Positions 38,257 through 38,258 of a stretch of 38,258 nucleotides of DNA are shown here, piece by piece. The DNA comes from Reclinomonas americana ATCC 50394 (Eukaryota). The position numbers and the translations under genes were made by a program. Location of the stretch: the NCBI GenBank assembly GCA_048213135.1, contig PS015269.1:44490-82747 (forward strand). The letters run 5' to 3'. Below the pieces are notes generated by a model. It saw only the letters and a program-made list of their open reading frames with translations. It searched no databases and was not told the origin of the DNA. Position 1 is the first letter of the stretch. Every line of letters begins with the position of its first letter.

Positions 38257-38258
38257 TG

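Overview
Intron-dense eukaryotic (probably protist) genomic scaffold with six N-gaps and microsatellite-rich introns; standard genetic code, GT-AG splicing. I reconstructed genes by hand. (1) Three paralogous ~10-TM membrane-protein genes, possibly XK-scramblase-like (1-2191 +, 2251-6989 -, 7791-12734 -). (2) An intronless 7-blade WD40 gene (13204-14292 +). (3) A probable small micro-exon gene (~14420-15352 -). (4) EF-hand, PH-domain and tandem exon-repeat segments (15530-~24050) that join in correct phase into one gene only if two gap-flanked contigs are each inverted. (5) A ~14 kb, ~30-exon PRT6/UBR1-type N-recognin E3 ligase (24313-38256 -). The strongest unusual signal is a recurrent second class of 5' splice site, GTTGCGT (plus GTTGAG, GTTTCGT, etc.), which is the locally common GTGCGT/GTGAGT donor shifted by one base. 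It occurs at about 20 donors in five genes, and several are the only donor that fits reading frame and paralog intron position. All exon structures are manual inferences without transcript data.
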